A stretch of 64,000 nucleotides of DNA. It comes from Haliotis cracherodii. Lineage: Eukaryota. The notes beneath the pieces are model-generated. The model had not been told where the DNA came from, searched no databases, and worked only from the letters and a program-made list of their open reading frames with translations. The stretch covers positions 44,702,001 to 44,766,000 of the forward strand of contig NW_027266343.1 in assembly GCF_022045235.1 (NCBI RefSeq), in the 5' to 3' direction. The position numbers and the translations under genes were made by a program. This document shows, piece after piece, positions 25,330-38,375 of the stretch (position 1 is its first letter; every line of letters starts with the position of its first letter).

Positions 25330-26582
25330 GGTTGTTTGTATCTGATAATGGTGCCTGTGGATTGTTTTTGTCAATTACTAAAGCAAAGTATGCTAAAATG
25401 TGGGCCTGTGTTAGAACACCTGCTGGGTTATCTAAATACTTGAACTTGTTAAAGTGTAACATAGGTACCCGTCAGGGATGCATTCTTAGCCCACACGTTT
25501 TTAATATTCAAAATATACTTGTACATTGTATGGACAAACCGTATTTATTACTAAAGACTGTCTAGAAATATATGCACTTATGCATGCTGATGACGTGTCA
25601 TCTATTGATACACCTTTAAATCTACAAGAGAAGATTTGTGCCCTAGAATATGTTTGCAACACCACAGGTATGAAGGTAAATTTGAAGAAAACTAAAGTTA
25701 CAGTATTCAAAAGTGGTTAACATCTATGAGCTTATGACAGGTGAAAATGTAATGGTGTATATATTGAAACTGTGTCGTTTTATCTATATTTGGGTACGTT
25801 GTTCAAGCCTGAACTTGTTTGGACTAAGGCACAAGCTACTATTGCCGCGCGAGTAACAAGGCCACTATGACACTATACAGATAGAAAGATCAAAAGAAAG
25901 TTATACCCTAAAAATATTTATTTAAAATATTTAATGCTATGATTGTGACAATAGTTTGTTACGGTGCAGAATTATAGGGCACCTCATATTGTAAAATTAT
26001 TGAAGATGTACAGTATAAAACGAACAAATGGTTTCTTAAAACGGGTAAAATAAACAAGGCTATGGATTTGGGAGAGTGTAGTAGAGCCCCTCTCCAACTT
26101 GTGTATACGATGGTTACTGATCTTGGATGATCACAGACTGCCTCGTCCATGCTATTCAATGTTTAACTCACTGGACGATTCTGATCGCACCACATGGGCT
26201 ACTCAATCCCCCATATTAAACATATTTTGTTTAAATTAGGATTTGGATATGTAAGGGTAACGCAAGATGTTGGCAATGTGAAGATATTTATTCATCTCTT
26301 TAAACAAAGATTATTTGATAACCTTCAACAGTTCTGTCAGTAGTATATCTGATATATTTTGTAATAAACATTTTGAATCCCAGTTAAATGTAGAAAAATT
26401 TAAACTTTTAAACTTTAAGTTTAAACTTCAACTCTGCTTTAAGCAGAGATTTCTATTGGATATGGAAAGTCCAACTTCTAAGAGAAACTTAGTCGATTAC
26501 TTCATTACCATGCGTAGTTCTTGCAATTAAACACTGTCTGTATTATGGGACTATGCCCTTTTTACTGAATAAACCGTCTGTC
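25330..26582 (+). mobile_element. Decayed 5'-truncated LINE (reverse transcriptase and 3' end)
   Basis: Frameshifted motifs [28 protein letters not shown]; 3' end AATAAACCGTCTGTC. Confidence 0.85.
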
Positions 26583-26612
26583 GGCCTTTGTGTTTGTTTC
26601 TATCAAAATGGA

Positions 26613-26888
26613 AAGAGAATAAATATATGTATTTATTATATTATATTATTATATTTATACTTAAGAGAATAAATATATGTATTTATTATATTATAGTATT
26701 ATATTTATACTTAAGAGAATAAATATATGTATTTATTATATTATAGTATTATATTTATACTTAAGAGAATAAATATATGTATTTATTATATTATAGTATT
26801 ATATTTATACTTAAGAGAATAAATATATGTATTTATTATATTATAGTATTATATTTATACTTAAGAGAATAAATATATGTATTTATTA
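26613..26888. repeat. 50-bp AT-rich tandem repeat, about 5.5 copies
   Basis: AAGAGAATAAATATATG recurs at 26613, 26663, 26713, 26763, 26813 and 26863. Confidence 0.95.
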
Positions 26889-29449
26889 CTCTCTTGTACT
26901 TTACACGTTATCCAAATATGAAAGCACGTTTTGATACCGTTCTTATAACGAGTGTATTTCAACGAACGTTGACACAACATCGTTTTTCGACGTTGGATTG
27001 AGATACCGGGTTGTTTAATTTGCTGAGTTTAAGCGAGCAATCAATAAATTACTACACTCGCTCCCTTGTCAAGCTCGTAGATACCGTTCTATTTCAAAAC
27101 GTTCCTAACTTGCCCAAGGGGCGATCTGGTAGCCTAGTGGTTAAATCGTTCGCTCGTCACGTCGATGTTCGATTCCCGACATGGGTACAATATGTGAAGC
27201 CCATTTCTGGTGTCCCCCGCCGTGACATTGCTGGAATGTAGCTAAAAGCGACGTAAAACCAACTCACTCACTCATTCTAACTCCCCCGTTCGTTAGATAC
27301 GTTTAAAAAAAACACTCATTGTAATAAAGACGGTATCTACGGTATTGGTTTAGTAATCAATATGTACACAGCCCCTTACCAGCTGCTCTGCTTACGGCAT
27401 TCCCAGTGACCTGGAGCCCTACTGACAACGTTCTCAGTCATGTCAGTGTTGGGGCGGTCGGGTAGCCTAGTGGTTAAAGCGTTCGCTCGTCACGCCAAGG
27501 ACCCGGGTTCGATTCCCGACATGGGTACAATGTGGTAAGCCCATTTCTAGTGTCCCCCCGCCGTGATATTGCTGGAATATTACTAAAAGCGGCGTAAAAC
27601 CATACTCACTCTCTTCTCACTAATTATCTCATAAAGGTAGCTTACAACACTAGGGAGAGGTGTGTTGGGGAGACTGATACAGTGGCTAATGACTTGGCTT
27701 GTCAGGTTCGAATCCTGGTTATGACTAGAATGCTACACGTGACATCATACTCACTCACTCATAAAGGAATGAAACAAACTGCAATATTTAACACTAAATG
27801 TTTTACTCTGAGGATCTTAATTATATAATATATGATCTTGTATAGGCATTTGGAAGCTTGAAGAACACGAATACATGGTATTTTGTTCTTGATAACAAGT
27901 TCATAAGTCTTTGTAATGACCTTTCAGGCCTACTCCTTGCCCCTTTATCAAGAAGTAGCCCTGAGACTTCGTTACAAAGAATAAAGAAGTTGTTATCCAT
28001 AACAAGTGTCATGTATTCAGGACGTAATAAGGATATAGTATGTCTCGATGTATTCATATTTTCACGTTATTTCTAAACATACCCTTATTTCAGCCTTGAC
28101 ATTTGTATACAATGTGCCTTGCTCTTACATTTAGTCTCTGAAAGTAAATTATTTTCGTAGAAACAAACAATTTCATTTTTAAAATGAAAAGGAGAATCCG
28201 AACCTGTGGAAAATCTAGACTTCGTTTAGAGCTATAACGTAACAGTAAGGGCTGGGTTGAAGGAAGATATTATGCTTCAGAGTGAGTGAGTGAGTTGGGT
28301 TTAACGCCGCTTTTAACAATATTCCAGTTATATCGCGGCGTGTCAGCGTAATGTGGGAGGAAAGCCCAAATTTATGCAGGTCTCAGACGTTTACCACTAC
28401 GGTGAAACCCACGAGCACGGGTATGGTGCTGACAAATCTAGAAACATAATCGGGGCGAACCGGGATTCGAACCCACAATCATAGGTTTCTGGCGTGCCCA
28501 AGGGAAGCAACTCTGCACAGCGAATCGCGTCGCCTTAGACGACTGGGCCGCCCGTGCCCCCTATGCTTCAGAGACTGTGAGACAGACTACGTGAAAGTCT
28601 GTTTCTTACTATGGGTAAGACTTTGGCTGGCTACATTATCAGAATGAGTGCGTATGAATGAGCGAAATCTCCACCTAGCCAACGCCAATACTACTACTTG
28701 ATTCCTAGTCACACACAACTTAATGGAGAGACTTAATGTGACCACTATATACTCACGTCCTCCATAAAATACGTATCACCTCGTCGACGGCAGCATGTGT
28801 ACTGTCGATTGCATGTATCAAAACTGAACAGGGTGTTCAAACACTACCCATGGGTCGGGGCAGGCGAGGCTACCCGGAAGAAGGTTAACACGCAATCTAA
28901 GACTCAACACCGGTGTCTAGGAATTAGGTCACGTGATAGTCTGCGACGTCTTGTTTGTTTACTTGAGTATTAGCGCGTGTAAGTATAGCTTCGTGTGAAG
29001 TTGAACCGGATACGAAAGCTGCATTCGGATGTGAATTATGTAGGGTAGATTGCAGATACTTTAAACATGCTGCAATATTTCGGTCGTTACTGGATATCTT
29101 TCGATGTTTCTTATCGAGGTGTCATAAATATGCATCAGACACGTATCCCCGCCCTTTTTTCTTACAGGTCACATGACAACGAATATATCGTGTTTTGATC
29201 CCATCCAGACCTGGCGATAGTGTGTATGTAAACTAGCTATGAGTGTGAGAATTGTCTTGATTTAACAGTTTTTTTAGCTTTGCCAAACGCACAAACGTTT
29301 CATCCATTGTAACAGAAAGGAATAGATAAAAAAAAAAGACAAAGCAGTAATGTATTTTATATATCACATTATTCTCCAAACCAAAAATACCATAAAACAG
29401 TCCAATAGTGCGTTTAACCCTGCATCTCATAATATTCGAAAAGTACAGG

Positions 29450-29800
29450 TTAATGTTGAAATGTACCGATAAATGATGAAATGCACCGATTAATGATGAA
29501 ACGCACCGATTAATGATGGAATGTACCGGTTAATGTTGAAATGTACCGATTAATGATGAAATGCACCGATTAATGATGAAACGCACCGATTAATGATGAA
29601 ATGTACCGATTAATGGTGAAATGCACCGATTAATGATGAAATGCACCGATTAATGATGAAATGTGCCGATTTATGATGAAATGTGCCGATTAATGATGAA
29701 ATGTACCGATGATGAAATGTACCGATTAATGATGAAATGTGCCAGTTAATGATGAAATGTACCGATTAATGATGAAAAGCACCGATTAATGATGAAATTT
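29450..29800. repeat. 20-bp minisatellite (TAATGATGAAATGYACCGAT)n
   Basis: About 17 direct copies visible. Confidence 0.95.
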
Positions 29801-29818
29801 CACATTTACATTTATGAA

Positions 29819-30168
29819 CCCTTGTCAACATTCGATCATATAATGTACAATCCAATCTATACACGATGTCAACATTCAGTCATATAATGTACAATCCAAT
29901 CTATGCACCCTTGTCAACATTCGATCATATAATGTACAATCCAATCTATGCACCCTTGTCAACATTCGATCATATAATGTACAATCCAATCTATGCACCC
30001 TTGTCAACATTCGATCATATAATGTACAATCCAATCTATGCACCCTTGTCAACATTCGATCATATAATGTACAATCCAATCTATGCACGATGTCAACATT
30101 CAGTAATATAATGTACAATCCAATCTATGCACGATGTCAACATTCGATCATATAATGTACAATCCAAT
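29819..30168. repeat. About 45-bp minisatellite, about 8 copies
   Basis: Unit CCCTTGTCAACATTCGATCATATAATGTACAATCCAATCTATGCA; it produces the 15-aa periodic spurious ORFs in the track. Confidence 0.95.
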
Positions 30169-30585
30169 GAGTCCGAGGGAAATATGAAACTTTGTTGATC
30201 CAAACAATTTAACAAGGAATCAGTCTGCCACATGTGAAGGGTGACGAAACATGACACCCAACCTCAGTATTGTGTTCCCCTGAAGATTATATGTTAGAAT
30301 TTATCTTCAGCAACCCATGCTTGTTGTAAGAGGCGACTAACGGGGTCGGATGGACATGCTCGCTGACATGGTTGCTGCATGTCCTCGTATCCCAATTGTG
30401 TAAATCGATGCTTAGATGTCAATCACTCGTTTGTCTGGTCCAGATTCGATTATTAACAGACCACCCTAATATACCTGGAATATTGCTGAGTGCGGCGTTA
30501 AACAACACACCAACCAACCAAACATGGTGGTGTTACCATGGCCAAACAGTCTGTTTAATATTTCGGGTATGTAATAGTCTCTGGA

Positions 30586-33500
30586 TCATTTCAATTTAGG
30601 TAGGTATCTTTTCAAATATTCAAATATGTCTCTTATGTAGGTAAAAATGGACCAAGCCTCGCGTTTCCCAACTATGGCTTCATCGATCTCTTCCTTGTGA
30701 GATGAAGCTTTCGAGCCTTTACAGGGACTCTGGAATTCTTGTGTCAGCCAATCCAAGGCGTCTTTAATGCCTGACCTTGAGAGAATGCTGCATCCTATTA
30801 TGTTGGCCCCTGGAAACGTACAGTAAACTACATTTATAACGAAGACGCTTACAACGAATTGACGGATATAACGAACAGGATTTTGTCCCGGCCATTTGCT
30901 GTCTATTTTATCTAAAAGAATTGATGGATATAACGAACACGCTTATGACGAAATAACGAATATAGCGAACTCTCTTTGTGGTTCCATGTGTACTCTGACG
31001 GCGACAATGTTTACGTTAATTATGTTTATTATGAGTGCGGCGTTAAACAACAAACAAACAAAATGATGGAAAAGAAAGAAACCAGTATAGGAATAATTTT
31101 ATCTGCAACGTACTGTGAGCTTTGAGTATTTCCTGGAAGTCCATTGCCTCGGCAACCTCTGGTGCTGTCAAGGCGGCCGGCAGGTCCTGCTTGTTGGCGA
31201 GGACAAGGAAGGGGGTGTTCTTGAGTGCTTCATCCTGAGCGTCAAGTCTCAGTTCGGCCTGGGCCTCCTGTATACGGTCCCGGTCGTTGCTGTCTACCAT
31301 GAACAGGACGACGTCGATGTGTTTGTAGTTGTGCCGGGGATACTGGGGATGGGGAACAATCATCTCATGAACAGCGGCATGATGCGGCGGGGCGCTGCTC
31401 TCCAGCCGTCACATGCTACTACCATTATGCATAACAGTGTCTAGGCCTAACTTGGGAGTGGGGTGATTTGTTTCAAAGCAACGTTGAATAGTATTTCAGC
31501 GCATGCGTCAGCTTGATGTCCGATGAATGTCCGACGCGATTAAATCTTAGACGTTTACCGCTTTGGTGAAAACAACAAAAGTAGACTTGATGGCGGCATA
31601 CCAACAAGCATCATCAGGACACCAAACACACACGGTCTTGGTCAGAATAAGTCATATGCTTGTCTTAAAAGGCGACCACTGTGTCGACGTACAAGTGATG
31701 TTTGATTCAATCGTCTTAATACTGAAACTTCCCGAACCTAGCCGTTTTAGTCCGTTACATTTTATATAATTCCAAAGCTTATTTGTGTTGCTGTGTTATT
31801 TGAGCAGTTGATCTTAAACCATGTGACATAACTCACCACACGCCTTCTCTGCCCCCCGTCAATCAGTGTCAACTTGATGTTGTTGTAGACTAATGTCTTT
31901 TTGGCATCATCTAAAACATAAACCACCGTTATATCTGACATGGCATACAGTCACAGTTCAGGTATCTAACCCGTGAAGATCCAGGCTTGAGTTGTCTTCA
32001 GCAACCCGACTCACGGAATCGGATGGTCGGGTGATGCAAGTCATCATATCCCAATAGTGTAGATTGATGCCCATCGATTATTTACAGGCCGCCGCCATAG
32101 AGCTGGAATAGTGCTGAGTGGGGCGCAAATCAACAAACCCATTTCGGTATGTATACTACATTAACATCACACATCACGAATTGCTCTACACAGTTAATAC
32201 ATAACGAACGAGGTGCAATATAAATGAACGAAAAAACACGGGTTTTTGTTTTTTGAGTTTATTGGCATACACTGATTAATATTTCTTTCGAGTGAGTGAG
32301 TGATTGTGGTTTCACGCCGCTTTTAGCAATATTCCAGCAACATCACGACAGAGGACACCAGAAATGGGCTTCACACATTGTACCCATGTGGGGAATCGAA
32401 CCTGGGTCTTCGGCATGACGAGCAAACGCCTTAACCACTAGGCTACCCAACCGCCCCATAGTTCTTTCGATGTATCCTTGGACAGTTAAACTGTTTGATG
32501 AACCAGTGACCCTAGTGAAATGCAGACTTATAATTTATCATTTAAATACATTGTACCGCAAGGCCCTACTCACAGCGGGTTGGCGGCGTGCCGTGAAGTC
32601 GTGATGTTAGCAGGTAACACAGCGTGGATTTCCCTGCATTATCAAGCCCTGAGATATAAGGACACATGTGACTGGATAAAGCGACCCGTGATCACATTAA
32701 GTTCGTTTGGTCATTTGTATGGTATTATGATATCTTTATAATATACATGTAATGTGATAATATGTATATGCATTTGTACAAAGGGGTTGTCATTCTGAAT
32801 TTCCCGTTTGTAGTTTTCCATTTTCTTTCAAGAAACATTAAAAATAGATTAAAACAAGAACCATTACCATTACCATTAATTTTCTGCTTGTTCTGTTCTG
32901 CTTTTGTAATCAATATACAGACCCGTGAAGATCTAGGGTAGAATAGGTCTTCAGCAGCACATGCTTGCCGTAAAAGGTGACTATGCTAAGCGTAAAAGGC
33001 GACTCACGGGAGTGGGTGGTCAGTCTCGCTGACTTTGTTGATGCATGTCATCGTATCTCATCGATCAATCACTGGATTGTCTGGTTCAGACTTGATTATT
33101 TACAGACCGCCGTCATATAGCTGCAATATTGCTGAGAGCGGCGTTAAATAACAAACGAACTAAACAAAGGAATTGTTATCAATAATATAATATCGTTGCT
33201 ATAATGATTGCTTAAAGCAGTAATTATCAGTCGGGTGAAATAATCAGAGTTTTAATGAAAGGTCATAAGGTAACTGCTATTTCAATAGCCAAAAACAAGG
33301 AAGTTTAAGTGAGTCAGCCTGGTTAAAAAACACTGGTCTGAATGGTGTACGTAATTGTAAACCTTTATAGAATACCTTTAAACGTCACCTACTGCAATTT
33401 AAACTCAAATCAGCAGAAAGACTAAGTTTACGCATACAAAGATGGTAAATTGTTATAATTACTTTATAATTATGGAACATGCTACAGTCCCTTAACTAAC

Positions 33501-33927
33501 TAAATAGGATTCCTTTTAGCATTGTTCATGGATTAATAACACGTGATTTCTGTTCCACAAGACCTGGCTGTAAAACCTGCGAGCTTTAAACATTTTGGCG
33601 TGAAATTGTGGTCATGCGGAAATTGGAAAATAAAATATGTCACTTTTTTTAAAATGGAGCGGATATTGTTTGAAAAATAAATAATTATGGATAAAAGATA
33701 AACCCATGCTCAATCTTTCAAAGACACAGATCTAACTAGGTAGGCCAATTAATTATTATATTAAATCTAATATGTGACGTATTCAGGTCACGTGTTACTT
33801 TTGGTCTTCCAGTCTTTAAATACGACTCGATGACTATCTTGAAGGTAATAAGTACTATATACGTGCCATGCATGAGAACTACAACTTCCTTCCTTAGGCA
33901 TGGCAGCATACTAATATATTGCCCCAT
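30586..33927 (-). CDS. Arf-like small GTPase paralog A (highly divergent); exons 33927-33867, 32648-32574, 31910-31837, 31342-31114, 30809-30586
   Basis: MGQYIS start, G1 GLDNAGKST, altered G3 IDGGQR, FMVDSND, G4 ANKQD, C-terminal WSIFTYIRDIFEYLKRYLPKLK. The frame is open if intron 1 uses a GC donor. Confidence 0.8.
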
Positions 33928-35177
33928 TCCGTCTGTCGACCGTAGACTGTGTCAGCTGGAAGTTCAAGACACCGCAGTTTCGTAATGCGACCGGTCCTCA
34001 TCAATAGTACTTGAATATATCGCCAAGTAGGCTGGTGTGTACAAGTATATATATACCGACCCCACACCGTGGATTTGTTAACCTGGCACAAACATGCTGG
34101 GCGGACGTACGTCACGCTATTTATCGTTGACTGTTATTGATACCGGATTTTGATCTGGACTAGGTCAAAGTACGTTATCTACGTTAATCATGATCATAGA
34201 TGCAACATACGCTGTAACCAGACAAGGTGATAACGTTGAGTGAAGAAGAGTCTGGGGTTTGATTCAAACAATGTATTTTTTTTCCATTTGTGGCAGAAAA
34301 CATATAGATCTACTTTCTCTGTCCGTAACTATAAACAAGGACCGTATGGTGTGTTGCCCGGTATTACAGCTACAGTATTAAAAACAAGCATTGAATGAAA
34401 TGCAAACACGAATTGATCATGAAATTGTGAACGTCAATCGCCTCAATACATATTGACATTAGATTTTGTTTCTTTGTTGTTTAACACCGAACTCAGAAAT
34501 AGCCAAGCTATATGATGGCGGTCTGTAAATAATTGAGTCTGGACCAGACAATCCAGTGACTGATATCATGAGCATCGATCCAAACAATTGACATTCGATG
34601 ACATGCATCAACCAAGTCAGCGAGCCTGACCACCCGATCCCGTTAGTCGCCTCTTACGACAAGCATAGGCGACTATTACGGCAAGCATGGGTTGCTGAAG
34701 ACCTATTCTTTCCCGGATCTTCACGGCTCAAATAATAATGAGACAAATGAGTTTATTCGTTTAATCTTTCAGTTATATATTTTATTAGTTTGGCCATCAT
34801 TTTATCATGAACACCACGATGGTATATTCACAGAACCTGTCAGTTATAATGTCTTACCTCCATACACCCTTCGGCTTCAGTAATTAGAACACGCCATGTT
34901 GTGCATGTTGTTGTTTGTTGTTTAACGCCGCACTCAGCAATATTCCAGCGGTGATGCATTTGAGACTATGAACACTTGCATACACAGGTAAATAACAACT
35001 GAATGAGGTGTGTTATATTTTCCTTTCTTCCTGTACAGGAATAGCTTTTTGTTAGGTGGCAAACTACAAAAATATTATTTGCTTTTGACGGAGTTCGAGC
35101 CCACGGCCCACGAATTGCACTGGACTCTTGATCTCATGCCCTGAGCTTCAACACTTAATTGGGATAGAAGCTCTGCC

Positions 35178-38100
35178 AAGCTGGTTCAGTTATGTGAATG
35201 AAAACTCAAAGTGCACGATTGCAATGGACTTGGCATAGAAAACAAACAGCGCAAAGGTGACGGTAGTGGTGTTGTTTGTGGTGAAAGGGGGGTAATCGTG
35301 TTTGTACAAGAGTTAACACCCTTGCCTAAACTCCGTACACTGTCTCGCTTAAAACTTCACACACGGTGTGTTTCCCTGATCAAAGGGAGATAATAGCGCA
35401 CAGCAAATCAACAGTTACGTCCCTTGCGTCCAAGGGAGGTAAGACTGTTTTGAAAATGAAAACAGGATTTATAGTTACTTCCCTTTGACCATCAACGGCA
35501 CGGCTCAAACCCAAAATGCCATATCGCTGTAGTATGGAGGTAATGCAATAAGCCGGTTGGACCCGCATGCAACTGAAATAGTCGGTGTGCTACCCATGAA
35601 ACGACATCTATTTCCACTCTGCAGATATTCTGCTAATTACAAAACACTGTATGAGTGTATCAAACCGTTTACTGAGTTGTCTCCCTTTGACCTTCAACCG
35701 AAAACAAGCTCCTTCCAGCGGGTGGAACCTTCGTTACTCTTACGATATCATCACTGCCTCTAAGCTGGTTCAGTTACGTGTATTAAAACGTTCACGATTG
35801 CATATCCTTCCTCCTTTATGCGATTCTGGTTTCTTCTAAACATGGACTTGACATAGAAAACAAACAGCGCAGAGAACCATGCATGTGGTAGGCGACAGTG
35901 GTTTTGTTTGTGGTCAAAGGCAGGTAATCGTGTTTGTACATGAGTTTACTCCCTTGCCTAAACTCCGTACACTGTTTCGCTTAAAACTTCACACTCGGTG
36001 TGTTCCCCTGATCAAAGGGAGATAATAGCGCACAGCAAATCAACAGTTACGTCCCTTGCCTCCAAGGGAGGTAAGACTGTTTTGAAAATGAAAACAGGAT
36101 TCATAGTTACTTCCCTTTGACCATCAACGGCACGGCTCAAACCCAAAGAGTCATATCGCTGTAGTATGGAGGTAATGGAATAAGCCTGTTGGACCCGCAT
36201 GAAACTGAAATAGTCGGTGTGCTACCCATGAAACGACATCCATTTCCACTCTGCAGATATTCTGCTAATTACAAAACACTGTATGAGTGTATCAAACCGT
36301 TTACTAGGTTGTCTCCCTTTGACCTTTACCCGAAAACAAGCTCCTTCCAGCGGGTGGAACCTTCGTTACTCTTACGATATCATCGCTGCCTCTACGCTGG
36401 TTCAGTTACGTGTATTAAAACGTTCACGATTGCATATCCCTCCTCCTTTATGCGATCTTGGTTTCTTCTAAACATGGACTTGACATAGAAAACAAACAGC
36501 GCAGAGAACCATGCATGTGGTAGGCGACAGGGGTTTTGTTTGTGGTCAAAGGGAAGTAATCGTGTTTGTACAAGAGTTAACTCCCTTGCCTAAACTCCGT
36601 ACAGTGTCTCGCTTAAAACTTCACACACGGTGTGTTCCCTGATCAAAGGGAGATAATACCGCACAGCAAATCGAGAGTTACGTCCCTTGCCTCCAAGGGA
36701 GGTAAGACTGTTTGGAAAATGAAAACAGCATTCATAGTTACTTCCCTTTGACCATCAACGGCACGGTTCAAACCCAAAGAGTCATATCGCTGTAGTATGG
36801 AGGTAATGGAATAAGCCAGTTGGACCCGCATGAAACTGAAATAGTCGGTGTGCTACCCATGAAATGACATCCATTTCCCCTCTGCAGATATTTTGCTAAT
36901 TACAAAACAATGTATGTGTGAATGAAACCGTTTACTGAGTTGTCTCCCTTTGACCTTTACCCGAAAACAAGCTCCTTCCAGCGGGTGGAACCTACGTTAC
37001 TCTTACGATATCATCACTGCCTCTACGCTGGTTCAGTTACGTGTATTAAAACGTTCACGATTGCATATCCTTCCTCCTTTATGCGATCCTGGTTTCTTCT
37101 AAACATGGACTTGACATAGAAAACAAACATCGCAGAGAACCATGCATGTGGTAGGCGACAGGGGTTTTGTTTGTGGTCAAAGGGAAGTAATCGTGTTTGT
37201 ACAAGAGTTTACTCCCTTGCTTAAACTCCGTACACTGTCTCGCTTAAAACTTCACACACGGTGTGTTCCCCTCAAGCTCCTTCCCAGCGCGTGACACCTT
37301 CGTTACACTCTCGGTAACATCGCTGCCACCAGTGTGGGCGCGGCCATTTCAAGAATCTTGAAATTTGCCCTCCAACCCCATATGTAGTAACGTTTATACT
37401 TTTTTTTATGTCTCTGGGAATGCCATCATATTTCAATTTGAAAAGGTTTACGACTGACCATGTTTTCCAGATGAATTCACTTTGTTGTTTTGATAATCAG
37501 ATTGGTTCGAGATTGCAGACTAACGGAAAATCAACCAACTTCTCCCTTACATTCTTACTATATCAATAACACGATAGTTTTAATGAAACAGAAATTCAAA
37601 TTGACAAACGAAGAAAGTAATTTAGCAGCGATAAGTGTATTCGGCGTCACGACAGTCGTCACTTGTTTGTAAACATAACGGTCATTCGGTTGCGAGTTCA
37701 ACTCCAAGCATGGTTGTGGCCACCTATTCACAGTGGGGAGTTTTGACTGGTGGCAGCGATAGTATAGAGAGCTCCGGGAACGTACTATCGCTGTGAGGAG
37801 CTTGTGTTCCCCTGATCGAAGGGAGATAATAGCGCACAACAAATCAAGAGTTACATCCCTTGCCTCCAAGGGAGGTAAGACTGTTTGGAAATGAAAACAG
37901 GATTCATAGTTACTTCCCTTTGACCATCAACGGCACGGCTCAAACCCAAAAAGTCATATCGCTGTAGTATGGAGGTAATGGAAAAAAGCCTGTTGGACCC
38001 GCATGAAACTGAAATAGTCGGTGTGCTACCCATGAAACGACATCCATTTCCACTCTGCAGATATTTTGCTAATTACAAAAAACTGTATGTGTGTATGAAA

Positions 38101-38375
38101 CCGTTTACTGAGTTGTCTCCCTTTGACCTTTAACCGAAAACAAGCTCCTTCCAGCGGGTGGAACCTTCGTTACCCTTACGATATCATCGCTGCCTCTAAG
38201 CTGGTTCAGTTACGTGAAACACAACGTGCACGTTTGAATATTCATCCTTCTTTATGCGATTCTTTTTTCTTCTTCTAAAACTTGATTTGGCATAGAAAAA
38301 AAACAACATCGCAAAGGGCTCCCTTTTACTTCGAACCGAACAAGCGCCTTCCCAGCGCGCGACACCCTTTGGGGC
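35178..38375. repeat. About 632-bp tandem repeat, about 4 copies, interrupted by a MITE
   Basis: Equivalent positions at 35380, 36012 and 36643; the array resumes at 37805 after the insertion. Confidence 0.92.
37273..37804. mobile_element. MITE with CAAGCTCC...GGAGCTTG ends and 9-bp target-site duplication (Mutator-like); second copy 53932-54462; mini-derivative 63319-63411
   Basis: TGTTCCCCT on both sides (37264-37272 and 37805-37813); near-identical copy at 53932. Confidence 0.85.

Larger units (their letters stand above)
24785..27360. mobile_element. Long inverted-repeat (foldback-like) element enclosing a LINE, a 50-bp satellite and a SINE
   Basis: 24785-25040 is the approximate reverse complement of 26920-27360 once the SINE at 27118-27275 is removed (e.g. 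CGTTCGTTGAAATACACTCG and CGAGTGTATTTCAACGAACG). Confidence 0.65.

Noticed and set aside
27451-27530. Possible tRNA-Asp gene
   Set aside because: It is a SINE A head: no proper acceptor stem, and it continues into the SINE body and tail.
29450-30168. CRISPR-like appearance and periodic ORFs
   Set aside because: Units are head-to-tail with no unique spacers, no cas genes are present, and the context is eukaryotic.
35380-38033. Repeated 60-100-aa ORFs suggesting a small gene family
   Set aside because: Products of the 632-bp repeat; stops and frames differ between copies.
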